NCBI GenBank assembly: GCA_029932605.1 | Contig: JAOZPT010000003.1 | Location: 42,591-95,338, forward strand | Direction of reading: 5' to 3' | Origin: Candidatus Zixiibacteriota bacterium | Lineage (GTDB): Bacteria > Zixibacteria > MSB-5A5 > UBA10806 > 4484-95 | Length of the DNA stretch: 52,748 nt | In this document: positions 39,502 to 49,417 of the stretch, piece after piece | How positions within the stretch are numbered: the first letter of the stretch is position 1 | Layout of the letters: each line of letters starts with the position of its first letter | Notes under the pieces: model-generated | Seen by the model: the letters and a program-made list of their open reading frames with translations, nothing else | Told to the model about the DNA's origin: nothing | The model's database searches: none | Program-made: the position numbers and the translations under genes

Positions 39502-39685
39502 TAAGGTTCACATACGGTCAAATACTTTGCAAAATCATTATAATGGTTAATCGCTCCATTCCCAAGCATAAATTACTAATTACCTTTTAAACATCAAAAT
39601 ATTTTTATGAAAATTTAAACTTAAAATAAAAATTACTATATCATTCTCTTGCGTTGTGTCCGTGAATTCCGTCACGATTAATACA

Positions 39686-39764
39686 GTCTTTGCGAGGAGT
39701 GGAGCGACAAAGCAATCTCTGGTGACATATGGAAATGAGATTGCTTCCCCTACATGTCGCATGT
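39686..39764. repeat. Degenerate REP/RPE-like palindromic element
   Basis: GTCTTTGCGAGGAGTGGAGCGACAAAGCAATCTC...GAGATTGCTT...TCGCATGT; perfect AAGCAATCTC/GAGATTGCTT arms (39710-39719 and 39737-39746). Confidence 0.7.
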
Positions 39765-39799
39765 CTTAGAAATTGTACATGACCTTTATTGAAATAACG

Positions 39800-40756
39800 T
39801 TAGAATATTGACAGTTTGACATATCTTCTGGGATTTTGTTTTATATCAACTATAAGGCTATCAAGAGAAGTCAGAGTGGAATTCAATTTATGATACAACT
39901 CCGTATTATTTACAAGTTGTCCAAGCGAGCCTTGGCCACTATTTATCTTTTCCAATGTGCTATTTAAAGATATGAGCAAACTGTCTGTATGGTCATATAT
40001 TTCGTTATCTTTGGCTAACCTTCCCAATCCTCCTTGGCCAGCGTTGATATCAGCCATAAGCTGTGAGAATTCATCCAAAAAGTTGGATAAATTGTTATAT
40101 AGAGCGGGGTCGTTAACTAACTCCGCCAGCGAACCCCTGCCCTCGCCTATTTTTCTGCTTATATCCGACCAGAGTATCAACAGCGAATCCAGATTCGTAT
40201 ATAATCGTGGATCGTTGATTATCTTCGCCAGGCTTCCCTCGCCATAATTCACTTTCCAGGAAATCTCCTTTGCGTTTCTTGTAATAACCTTAATGTCTTT
40301 TATGGGGTCTCCGCTTTCTGCAATGATATCGCCAATCTGCATGCTTTCAATTGTATTTACAAACCCACCGGGCATTAACGGCTCTGCATCCGGCGAACCG
40401 ATTGTAATATCCACTGTTCTATCACCCAACAGTCCCATACTACCAAGTCTGGCTTCGGAGTCTTTTCTCACTTTAGAGAAACTCGACGATTCAATCGACA
40501 TTTCTACGATGATTGATCGCTCCTTTCCATTTTCTGAAAAACCGATTTTCCTGACAGCGCCAACCTTCATACCCCCCAATCGGACCGATGCCCCAACAGT
40601 TAATCCCTCAACATCGAGAAATTCGGCATTAAGCTGGTATTTCTTGGCAAATAGCCCCTCTTTATCACCAATAAGAAAAAACGCTATAAATATGATTATA
40701 AAACCGATAACTATTAAGGCTCCGGTTTTTATTTCTCTTGAAGAGTTAATCTTCAT
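39800..40756 (-). CDS. mlaD: MlaD/MCE-domain protein with helical extension
   Basis: N-terminal TM; VEGLTVGASVRLGGMKVGAV, GLLGDRTVDI; four GxG(S/G)L(A/G)xLxx(D/N)-type repeats; ends DIKQNPRRY. Confidence 0.88.
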   Translation of the reverse strand: MKINSSREIKTGALIVIGFIIIFIAFFLIGDKEGLFAKKYQLNAEFLDVEGLTVGASVRLGGMKVGAVRKIGFSENGKERSIIVEMSIESSSFSKVRKDSEARLGSMGLLGDRTVDITIGSPDAEPLMPGGFVNTIESMQIGDIIAESGDPIKDIKVITRNAKEISWKVNYGEGSLAKIINDPRLYTNLDSLLILWSDISRKIGEGRGSLAELVNDPALYNNLSNFLDEFSQLMADINAGQGGLGRLAKDNEIYDHTDSLLISLNSTLEKINSGQGSLGQLVNNTELYHKLNSTLTSLDSLIVDIKQNPRRYVKLSIF

Positions 40757-41492
40757 AAGATTCGATCTCCTTTCCGCCGGATCTGAATAATCTCACAAAT
40801 CCTTTTTGGCTTTTTTGAAACTCCTCAGGTGATCCCTCGAAGTATTTTCCCCCATCTTTTATCAATACAATTTTCTGTGCCACAAAGGCTGCGCTTTCCA
40901 GATCATGAGTTACAACGACAACGGTAGAGCCGGTATGTTCCTGTACCCTTTTTATAAGCTCGTTTATAGTTTGTGCAGTGATGGGATCGATACCGGTAGT
41001 AGGTTCATCGAAAAAAATGTAATCAGGGTCGTTTGCCATAGCTCTGGCCAAAGCTATCCTTTTTTGCATTCCTCCGGAAAGCTCAGCTGGCATAAGAGTT
41101 TCAGTTCCCTCCATTTCAACGAAACTTAATTTCTCTTTCACGATCTTCCTGATATTTTCTTCGGACATGTTAGAATGCTCATGCAAAGTATAGGCTACAT
41201 TGTCATACACCGTCATAGAATCGAATAAAGCCGATCCCTGAAAAAGCATACCCATCTTTTTCCGAACGTTCATCATTTGTTGTTCGGAGAAATCAGTTGT
41301 ATCGACATTATCAATGATTATCCTTCCAGAATCAATGGACAAAAGCCTAAGGATTAGTTTCAGAAGAACACTTTTACCACATCCTGACCGGCCCAGCACT
41401 ACCGTTGTTTTTCCGTCTTCAAATTTGAGTGATAAATTTTTCAATACAACTTTCCCGTTAAAACTTTTCGAGAGATTAGCTATTTCTATCAT
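40746..41492 (-). CDS. mlaF: MlaF/Mkl-type ABC ATPase
   Basis: GRSGCGKS, MLFQGSALFDSMTV, PAELSGGMQKRIALARA, FDEPTTGIDP. Confidence 0.9.
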   Translation of the reverse strand: MIEIANLSKSFNGKVVLKNLSLKFEDGKTTVVLGRSGCGKSVLLKLILRLLSIDSGRIIIDNVDTTDFSEQQMMNVRKKMGMLFQGSALFDSMTVYDNVAYTLHEHSNMSEENIRKIVKEKLSFVEMEGTETLMPAELSGGMQKRIALARAMANDPDYIFFDEPTTGIDPITAQTINELIKRVQEHTGSTVVVVTHDLESAAFVAQKIVLIKDGGKYFEGSPEEFQKSQKGFVRLFRSGGKEIESYED

Positions 41493-42289
41493 ACCGGCCT
41501 CCCAAAAAGGAAAAATATTTTGGTCATGACAAAATCCAGAATGAAGATAGAAATCGATGATAATACGACCGAAAGAGTTGTCGAACTGCCCACGCCCTTG
41601 GTACCGCCGGTCGTGTTCATACCCAGATAACAGCCGATTGTACCTATCACAAAAGCGAATACAAACGGTTTTATAATGCCCGAAACAAGATCCTCCAGTA
41701 AAAGAGCGTCCAGCACCGTGGATTTATAAAGCTCATAACCAACATTTAGATTGGTCGTAGCAATGATTAGTCCACCCAGTAAACCTAAAGCATCGGCAAC
41801 GGCCACTAAAACAGGCAACATTATCAAAAGCGAAATTATTCTTGTCGATACAAGCTTTTTATACGGATCGATGGCCATGGCTCTCATAGCATCAATCTGA
41901 TCTGTAACCCGCATCGAGCCCAGTTCGGCGGTAATACCAGCGCCTACCCTACCAGCAACCACCAAAGCTGTTAGAACCGGCCCAAGTTCCCTGACAAGCG
42001 ATAAAGCCACCACCGAGCCTATATAACCCTTCGCACCAAACCGGCTCATTTCCATCCCTGTCTGAAATGCCAGCACCATGCCCGTGAATATACCCGTTAA
42101 GGACACTATGGAGAGAGATCTATATCCTACTTGATACAGTTGTTCTATTATCTCTTTAAGATAATAGGGCCTTCTAACTAAAGACCTTAAAACAGTTCCC
42201 AGGAACTTCGTGTATCTATAAATATGAGTTAGAAACACTCCCGTTTGTGTTCCTGATAAAATTTCCTCGAATTTCATCCGATAATTCAA
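41489..42289 (-). CDS. mlaE: MlaE-family ABC permease
   Basis: RELGPVLTAL, AGRVGAGITAELGSMRVTDQIDA, GVGSSTT. Confidence 0.92.
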   Translation of the reverse strand: MNYRMKFEEILSGTQTGVFLTHIYRYTKFLGTVLRSLVRRPYYLKEIIEQLYQVGYRSLSIVSLTGIFTGMVLAFQTGMEMSRFGAKGYIGSVVALSLVRELGPVLTALVVAGRVGAGITAELGSMRVTDQIDAMRAMAIDPYKKLVSTRIISLLIMLPVLVAVADALGLLGGLIIATTNLNVGYELYKSTVLDALLLEDLVSGIIKPFVFAFVIGTIGCYLGMNTTGGTKGVGSSTTLSVVLSSISIFILDFVMTKIFFLFGRPV

Positions 42290-42553
42290 CCCGTTTCCTG
42301 ATAGTCGCGCCTTTTTAACATCCGTCTAAGGCCTCTCACTATTTGTTTAACTCGTTACTTTGATGTCACATGAACATTCGATATACCCCGCTCGACATGA
42401 AACATCCCGATCTCAATCTTTAAAAACGCCCTTCCATTATATCGCATTCTGTTGAAATATTCAACAAAGACTGGTTAAAGTTCGACACCTAAAATTGGAC
42501 TATTTTGAGTTTATATAAACAGTCAAGTTACTTTATTCTTCTACAAATAGCAC

Positions 42554-42847
42554 TCATACCATCCGCTCAATGTTCCACACAAACGCCCGTATTCCCTCCT
42601 CCTCTGCCTCTTTATTAATATCGTCCACCTTTTTAAGTATCATTTCTACTTTATCATTTTCTACAACAGTGAGAATAACCGAATTTAGCGATGGCCAGAC
42701 ATGCGAACCAAGATGTGGATTTCCATTTTGTGTTCCTTGCCCCTGGACATTTAGCCAGCGTGTGTAACCGCGGATATCAAGAGACTGGAGTATTTCCTCA
42801 ACCTCTTCGGTAATGCTCTGGTTATATGATATCATTACAGCTTTCAT
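42554..42847 (-). CDS. PG0541-family transporter-associated PII-like protein
   Basis: GYTRWLNVQGQG...GNPHLGSHVWPSLNS; last gene of the RND operon. Confidence 0.75.
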   Translation of the reverse strand: MKAVMISYNQSITEEVEEILQSLDIRGYTRWLNVQGQGTQNGNPHLGSHVWPSLNSVILTVVENDKVEMILKKVDDINKEAEEEGIRAFVWNIERMV

Positions 42848-42897
42848 TTCATCTCCCTTTCAAAGTCCATCGCTAATCTAATCCTTCGAAGCATACC

Positions 42898-45800
42898 TTA
42901 AGTTCTTTGCCGCGATTTCCTGAAACGTGTTTCAAAAATAGAATATATTACCGGCACCAAAACCAATGTGACTAATGTTGATATGGTCAATCCACTTATA
43001 ACTGTAACACCCAGAGGTCGCCAGATTTCAGATCCCTCGCCGGTGCCGATGACAAGCGGCGTCATGCCGAGAATGGTGGTAATTGTGGTCATAAGCACCG
43101 GACGTAACCTGTTACGGCCAGCCCGGACGATAGCCTCAAAAAGACTAAGGCCACGCGCTCTTAAAATATTGATATAATCCACCAGAACTATGGCGTTTTT
43201 CGTTACTATTCCAACCAGCATAATTACCGCCAAAAAAGAGATAACAGAAAGAGTGATACCTGTCAGGAAAAGTCCCCATAGAACACCAACGAAAGCAAAG
43301 GGTACCGAAAACATTATTACAAACGGATCGAGTAGTGATTCAAATTGAGCGGCCATTATAACGAAAACAAGAAAAAGACTTAAGATCAAAAATAGCGTCA
43401 AATCCCTGAACGATTCACTCTGTTGTTCCACCTGACCGCTGTATTCGATATTCACACCCGGCGGTAAGTAAAGCTTGTTCAAACGGCTTTTAATATCATC
43501 GGTTACATCACCAGTTGGCCGACCAGAAACATTAGCCCCAACCGTGATTACTCGTTCCTGATTTTTGCGCCGTATCTCTGGTGGTGAAAGCGTCTCCACA
43601 ACTTTACCAATATCCTTTACTTTAACAACCTGGCCGCTGAAAGTACGAATAGGAATATTTTCAAGATCGGTAATGGTCTTACGATAAGAGGGTTCATAGC
43701 GAACGAATATGTCATATTCATCTCCACCTTCACGGTATTTAGTGGCCACTGTTCCGTATATACTCTGACGTATCACTTTTGCCACAATAGCTGTGTTCAA
43801 ACCCAATGTCGATAACTTTTCACGGTCAAGTTCGATATCAAGCTCCGGACGGCCTTCACTTGTGGCTATTGCGACATCGACTGCACCCGGAGTGTCACTC
43901 ATGATATTAACGACTTGATTGGCGATTCGACCGGTCTCCTCAAGGTCAAATCCTACGACATCCACCTCTATTTGTTTACCGGTGACGCCCATAAAGACTG
44001 CTCCTCCACCCGATGTATTGATGCTGAATCGAGTGATGTCAGGGAATTCAGTCAATCGCTCTCTTAAAATATCTGCAATCTCGAAAACAGACCTATTTCG
44101 TTTCACCTTACTTATTAGCCTATTCATCACGCTTATGATATTAGAACCTTCTTTCTGACCAAAAATGATGGATGACCAACCTTGGTCATTAACACCTGCA
44201 CGGACGCTATAATATTCTATTTCAGGTATTTCATTTTTTATGATTCTTTCAATTTTAGCCGCAGTTGCCATGCTCTCTTCAAGTCGAGTTCCAGATTGCA
44301 ATTCAACATCAACCACCAGCGAGTTACTATCATGTTCCGGCATGAATTCCGAGCCGACAAAAGTCTTCAACCCCAGTGAGCCAATAAAAATGATTACAGC
44401 TAAAATAATCACTAACTTCCGGCGATGGAGCGCTACATTTAAAATCCGATGATAAAAATTCTCTAATTTTACAAACCAGAGCTCACTGGTATCGTATAGT
44501 TTTCCAAACAGGGCAGATCGTTTGCGCTCTTTGGGTCTTTTCAGAAGTTTAGATGTAAGCATTGGGATTAAAGTTAGGGAGGCAAATAACGAGGTCAAAA
44601 TCGTTATTGTGACCAGCGCCCCAATCTGGTTAAAGAATACACCGGAGATGCCGGAAAGAAAAACCATTGGAAAAAAGACCGCTACGATAGTGAAAGTAGC
44701 CGCTGTCACGGCAAGACCAACTTCGGAAGAGCCAAATATCGAAGCTTCTCGAGGTCTGGCGCCACTTTCCACGTGGCGGGTGATATTTTCTAAAATTACA
44801 ATTGCATCATCAACAACAAGACCAACGGCAATGCTCAAAGATGACAAGGAGATGATGTTAAGTGAATTGCCGCTTACATAAAGATAAATAAAAGCGACTA
44901 TCAACGAAAACGGTATGGTGAGGGAAATTATAATGGTGTTACGCCATTCCCTCAAGAAAATCAAAACAACAAGAATTACAAATAACCCACCAAGCAACAC
45001 AGCATTGGCCAGGTTCCGCACCGAATTGGTGATAAACTCCGATGAGTCCATCACGATATTTAATTTGACATCAGATGGAAGCTTTTTCTGAAGCTCGGAA
45101 AGCTTGGCACGTACATCGTTAGCCACCCGGACTGTATTGGCACCAGACTGCTTCTGAACAACCATCTGTAGACCATGGCCACCCATCATGCGCGTTCTTA
45201 TCGTTCTCTCCTTCAAAGTGTCTTTAACTGTGGCAACGTCCCTAAGGTGAACAAGACGGTTTGCCTGTTGAGCTACAACAATGTCACCAATCTGCCTCGG
45301 GTCAGCAAATTCTCCAGGAACGCGCACGTTATATTCCAAAAGCCCCATCTTTATACTGCCGGCTGGAAGCGTGATATTTTCTCCAGCAAGGGCTGCTGCC
45401 ACTCTCTGTATGTCGATATTGTAAGCCTCCAGGCGCTTGGGGTCGATACCAACCTGAATCTGCCGGATGGGTCCACCAAAGGTAATAACTGTGCCCACAC
45501 CTGGCACTCTTTTAATGGGATCAGCGATCTTTTCCTCAGCAAGTTTATTTAATCCCAGGTAACTCTCCTCAGCGGTAACCGAGATAAACAAAACCGGGAA
45601 AAAGTTAGTACCAAATTTGAATATAATCGGGGTTTCTACCTCTTCCGGTAACTGGCTTTTGGTCAATTCCAGCGTGTTTCTGATATCATTGGCTGCCTCA
45701 TCAAGATTTGTACCCCAATCAAACTGCAATTGTATGGCAGAAGTGTTATCAATTGATATAGAAGTTATCTTGTCTAACTTATTTACCGAGCTGAGAGAAC

Positions 45801-46005
45801 TCTCTAAAAGTTTCGTAATATTTGATTCAACATCCTTGGCGCTGGCACCATAATATTGTGTGACAACGCTGATTATCGGTGGTTCAATCTCGGGGAAGAG
45901 ATCTACAGGTAAACCATATAAAGAAAACAACCCGACAGCAAGAATCGCAATAAATAGCATCATCGTTGCTACCGGCCTATCGACAAACATTCTGGCAAGA
46001 TTCAT
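42898..46005 (-). CDS. RND efflux permease (AcrB/HAE1 family)
   Basis: RPVAT, LPVDLFPEIE, VDDAIVILEN, KNAIVLVD, RLRPVLMTT. Confidence 0.95.
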   Translation of the reverse strand: MNLARMFVDRPVATMMLFIAILAVGLFSLYGLPVDLFPEIEPPIISVVTQYYGASAKDVESNITKLLESSLSSVNKLDKITSISIDNTSAIQLQFDWGTNLDEAANDIRNTLELTKSQLPEEVETPIIFKFGTNFFPVLFISVTAEESYLGLNKLAEEKIADPIKRVPGVGTVITFGGPIRQIQVGIDPKRLEAYNIDIQRVAAALAGENITLPAGSIKMGLLEYNVRVPGEFADPRQIGDIVVAQQANRLVHLRDVATVKDTLKERTIRTRMMGGHGLQMVVQKQSGANTVRVANDVRAKLSELQKKLPSDVKLNIVMDSSEFITNSVRNLANAVLLGGLFVILVVLIFLREWRNTIIISLTIPFSLIVAFIYLYVSGNSLNIISLSSLSIAVGLVVDDAIVILENITRHVESGARPREASIFGSSEVGLAVTAATFTIVAVFFPMVFLSGISGVFFNQIGALVTITILTSLFASLTLIPMLTSKLLKRPKERKRSALFGKLYDTSELWFVKLENFYHRILNVALHRRKLVIILAVIIFIGSLGLKTFVGSEFMPEHDSNSLVVDVELQSGTRLEESMATAAKIERIIKNEIPEIEYYSVRAGVNDQGWSSIIFGQKEGSNIISVMNRLISKVKRNRSVFEIADILRERLTEFPDITRFSINTSGGGAVFMGVTGKQIEVDVVGFDLEETGRIANQVVNIMSDTPGAVDVAIATSEGRPELDIELDREKLSTLGLNTAIVAKVIRQSIYGTVATKYREGGDEYDIFVRYEPSYRKTITDLENIPIRTFSGQVVKVKDIGKVVETLSPPEIRRKNQERVITVGANVSGRPTGDVTDDIKSRLNKLYLPPGVNIEYSGQVEQQSESFRDLTLFLILSLFLVFVIMAAQFESLLDPFVIMFSVPFAFVGVLWGLFLTGITLSVISFLAVIMLVGIVTKNAIVLVDYINILRARGLSLFEAIVRAGRNRLRPVLMTTITTILGMTPLVIGTGEGSEIWRPLGVTVISGLTISTLVTLVLVPVIYSIFETRFRKSRQRT

Positions 46006-46037
46006 ATTTCTACTCCACCGTATTCGATTAAAGCCTC

Positions 46038-47087
46038 TTAGTTCTCACTTGCCAAGCTCAACTTTACAGGTACACCATCTTTTAAACGATACTGTCCCTT
46101 AACCACGATTTGATCACCGTCTTGTAACCCCTCTTTGATTTCCACCAGCTCATCAAAGAAATCACCAAGTTTAACTTCTCGGCGACTTGCCCTGCCATTC
46201 TCAACGATAAAACAGTAATAAGCATTCGAGCCCATTTGACGAATCAAAGCAGACCTTGGCACCACCAGCACTTCCTCCTCGCCAACAGTAATTTTAACTC
46301 TGGCGAACATACCGGGACGCAGGACCTTGGTAGGGTTATCGACTTTTATTTCGACAGCAAAGGTGCGACTGTAATCATTGATGACCGGATCGATTCTTGA
46401 TATCTCTCCCGTGAAAGTGCGTCCAGGATAAATATCCACAGTAACCTCAGCTGGCATACCCAGTTTTATATCGGGGAAATCACTCTCCGTCACATTTACC
46501 ATAACCTTAAGACGATCTATCTGCATAATTGTCACAATTGAAGGGGAACCAAATTTACCCGGCATCATAAGGAAGACCTCTCCTTCGTTCATTTGCTTGG
46601 CCGTGATGACACCACTAAACGGCGCTCTTAATTGGGTGTTGCGAAGTATAAGCTCATAGGTCGACTTCGCTGTTTCATAACCGGCTTTGACTTTGTCGAA
46701 CTGTTGAGGAGAGATGGAGCCCTGTTCAAATAAAGGTTGCATCCGCTGATAATCCTCCCTGGCAATCTGATACTGTATCCGCGCCTGAGTAAGCTGGGTG
46801 TCATCCATCTGAATAAGTATATCGCCTTTTTTAACCTCATCTCCTTCTTTTACAAAAATCTTCTCTACCCGCCCTGATGTTTGCGCTCCGAGGTTCGTTT
46901 CTCGCCAGGCTAGTATGTTTCCGGCAAACTTGAGCGAACGCTCTATTTTTTTAACCTCAACGCTCACAGTCTCCACGGGTATGGATTCATCTAAGTCAGA
47001 GTTATCCCCATTATTCTCCCCGCATCCATGGAAAACAAAAAAAACAATTAAACTGAATATATAAAAGAGCCGTTTTACCCTATCCAT
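46038..47087 (-). CDS. RND periplasmic adaptor (membrane fusion protein), probable lipoprotein
   Basis: FHGC lipobox-like; GRVEKIFVKEGDEVKKG, LRAPFSGVI, LRPGMFA. Confidence 0.93.
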   Translation of the reverse strand: MDRVKRLFYIFSLIVFFVFHGCGENNGDNSDLDESIPVETVSVEVKKIERSLKFAGNILAWRETNLGAQTSGRVEKIFVKEGDEVKKGDILIQMDDTQLTQARIQYQIAREDYQRMQPLFEQGSISPQQFDKVKAGYETAKSTYELILRNTQLRAPFSGVITAKQMNEGEVFLMMPGKFGSPSIVTIMQIDRLKVMVNVTESDFPDIKLGMPAEVTVDIYPGRTFTGEISRIDPVINDYSRTFAVEIKVDNPTKVLRPGMFARVKITVGEEEVLVVPRSALIRQMGSNAYYCFIVENGRASRREVKLGDFFDELVEIKEGLQDGDQIVVKGQYRLKDGVPVKLSLASEN

Positions 47088-47145
47088 TTTTTCTCCTTAA
47101 AAATTACTCGTTCTATTTTATACAATCCCGTCATTATTCCCTCTT

Positions 47146-48498
47146 TTATCTTGATGTACTACCATCCATAAGCTGTTCATAATCCGTAAGAGCTACCTTG
47201 TAATCGTAAATCGCTTGAACATAATTCACCCTAGCCTGCATCAAAGCCAAATCAGCATCATTAACCTCAAGCTGGGTTCCCAAGCCATTGGTATAGCGTG
47301 TTCGGGCAATCTCATAACCTAACTCGGCCTGCGCTATGGTCTTTGTTCGCCCCTCTATCCTTTTCTTGGCTTGTTCTATCCGATAGATTACGCTTTCAAG
47401 CTGTGTTTTAATAGCCTCAGTAAAAGCCTTCCGTCGCTCCTCAGCCTGGCTTAGACCCAATTTAGCCTGATTTACGCGAGCCATAATTCCAAAGCCGTTG
47501 AAAATAGGAACCTGCAATTGTAAACCCACGAACATCGTTTTTACCCATGTATAATCTGGAAATTTGAAATCGTTTGATTGTGTTTGATATTGATAATTAC
47601 CAAATGCCGCAAGCGAAGGGTAGTGTGATGACTTTTCAAGGGTTATCGCCTCATGTGCCATCTTGATTTGGATATCGAGTTGCCGAAGGTCGGGATTATT
47701 TGTCATCACCTCCTCAAGAGCCTTATCAAAAGAGGGTACTTCAATTGGATTTTCATAGGTTAATTTTCCCTCAATTTCAATCTCCTGGGAAGCTTCCAGT
47801 CCGATAGTTATTCTAAGCTTATTTTTAGCAAGCTCGAAATTGTTCTCCACCTGTAAGACAACGGGCTTGAGATTTTCTACCTGAACTTCAGCACGTATAA
47901 GGTCGTATTCGGCCACCAAACCTTGTTGATGAAGTTGCCTTACATTTTCAAGGTTCTCTTCAGCATTTTTAAAACTCATCTGAGTCAAATCCCGTACCTC
48001 TCCCGCCAGCAACACTCCATAAAACGCTTTTTTCACCTCGGCAATAATATTTACCCTTGAACCGTGATAAGCCTCCTCAGCTAATTCAACACCCCGTTTG
48101 GATAATCGGATACCCGAATATATGGCATTAGAGAACAACGGTAAAGATGCTGAAATTGTTCCAACGTAGGAATTATCAGAACCTATTTCCATAATGGTTG
48201 GTTTTCCTCCAACCCCAAACGGAGTCCCGGGAGGAAGAAATATCACGGGTTTCTCGATGTTTCTCAGATACTGTCCGCTAGCACTTAATTTAGGGAAAAG
48301 ATAACTCCGTGCCTCTATCAGTTGCGCTTGAGATTTCTTAACCTCCAATCGGGCAATCCTAACCCCCTGGTTTTTATCAAGGGCGATCTCCAGCGCTTTA
48401 TCAAGAGTAAGATTTATCGGTTGGCTATCCTTAGACCAGGCGTAACCTTGCGTTAATAGTAATCCGATAAGTAAATATGCCCTAATGTTCACCTGCAA
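47146..48498 (-). CDS. TolC-family outer-membrane channel
   Basis: Signal peptide; ARSYLFPKL, HYPSL, PIFNGF, RYTNGLGTQLE; TTG start after GGAGGAG. Confidence 0.9.
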   Translation of the reverse strand: MQVNIRAYLLIGLLLTQGYAWSKDSQPINLTLDKALEIALDKNQGVRIARLEVKKSQAQLIEARSYLFPKLSASGQYLRNIEKPVIFLPPGTPFGVGGKPTIMEIGSDNSYVGTISASLPLFSNAIYSGIRLSKRGVELAEEAYHGSRVNIIAEVKKAFYGVLLAGEVRDLTQMSFKNAEENLENVRQLHQQGLVAEYDLIRAEVQVENLKPVVLQVENNFELAKNKLRITIGLEASQEIEIEGKLTYENPIEVPSFDKALEEVMTNNPDLRQLDIQIKMAHEAITLEKSSHYPSLAAFGNYQYQTQSNDFKFPDYTWVKTMFVGLQLQVPIFNGFGIMARVNQAKLGLSQAEERRKAFTEAIKTQLESVIYRIEQAKKRIEGRTKTIAQAELGYEIARTRYTNGLGTQLEVNDADLALMQARVNYVQAIYDYKVALTDYEQLMDGSTSR

Positions 48499-48575
48499 AG
48501 CCCTCCTCCCTTTTAGAATAAAACAACAGACAAATATTCGTAATCCATTTAGACAATTCCTGTAACGTTAATAAC

Positions 48576-49208
48576 TTATTGCTTCTTTTTTTCTTTCATC
48601 AACCCGTCTATGATAAGTTTCAAAATATAATTCGTATCCCTCTCAACCTTCGAATAGTCTATTTCAGCTGCCATATGCCTCGTTGTGCTGTTAAATTCTC
48701 TGAATTTTATAGCATTGGAAATGGTAAGCATGGCACTGGCGACTTCAGTTGCCTTACACACCTTGAACTTGCCCTGTTTAACCGCCTTGTCTATTATCTC
48801 CGAAAGTATCTCTGTTTCTTTATTCCTAAGATCCCAGAAGAGTTTATCGAAAATGGGCTTGGCCTCAAGTATAACCTGTATGGAAAGTTCATGAAGATTT
48901 ACCATACGGCGAAAGTAATCAAGACGCACTTTCACGTATCTCAGTATCTTTTTCTCGGGAGTTTTTTCATTTGCTATTGAATTTTTCAATTGCTCCAAAA
49001 GCTCAAAGGTCTCCTGGGCAATTACCTCCCTAAATATCTCCTCTTTGCTTTCAAAATAATAATAAAGAGAACCCTTTTTCATGCCAACAGCCATAGCGAT
49101 ATCATCTAATGTTGTCTTAACAAGACCATGACGGGCAAATATTTTTTGGGCAACTTGAAGAATATGCTTCTTCCTATCAGAGGTAGTCTGTTGATGATCT
49201 TCAACCAT
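48576..49208 (-). CDS. TetR/AcrR-family transcriptional regulator
   Basis: HTH: IFARHGLVKTTLDDIAMAVGMKKGSLYYYFESKEEIF. Confidence 0.95.
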   Translation of the reverse strand: MVEDHQQTTSDRKKHILQVAQKIFARHGLVKTTLDDIAMAVGMKKGSLYYYFESKEEIFREVIAQETFELLEQLKNSIANEKTPEKKILRYVKVRLDYFRRMVNLHELSIQVILEAKPIFDKLFWDLRNKETEILSEIIDKAVKQGKFKVCKATEVASAMLTISNAIKFREFNSTTRHMAAEIDYSKVERDTNYILKLIIDGLMKEKKKQ

Positions 49209-49231
49209 TTAACTTCCCTAACAATCGGCCA

Positions 49232-49283
49232 TTAGACTATTCTACTATAATGTTAGAATATAAGTTTAACATCTCATTGTCAA
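49232..49283 (-). promoter_or_regulatory. tetR promoter with overlapping inverted repeat (candidate operator)
   Basis: Minus strand TTGACA (49283-49278), 17 nt spacer, TATTCT (49260-49255); TATTCTA-N9-TAGAATA inverted repeat at 49238-49260. Confidence 0.6.
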
Positions 49284-49417
49284 GCCTTTTTTAAATTTTC
49301 TTAATTCGGTAAAGCATCATAATAAATGAAAAAATAGTCTGTTATACCACGATTTTTTATATAATATATCATATACACCCTACTTTTCGGAAATATGATC
49401 TTAATTTTGAGATTTTT

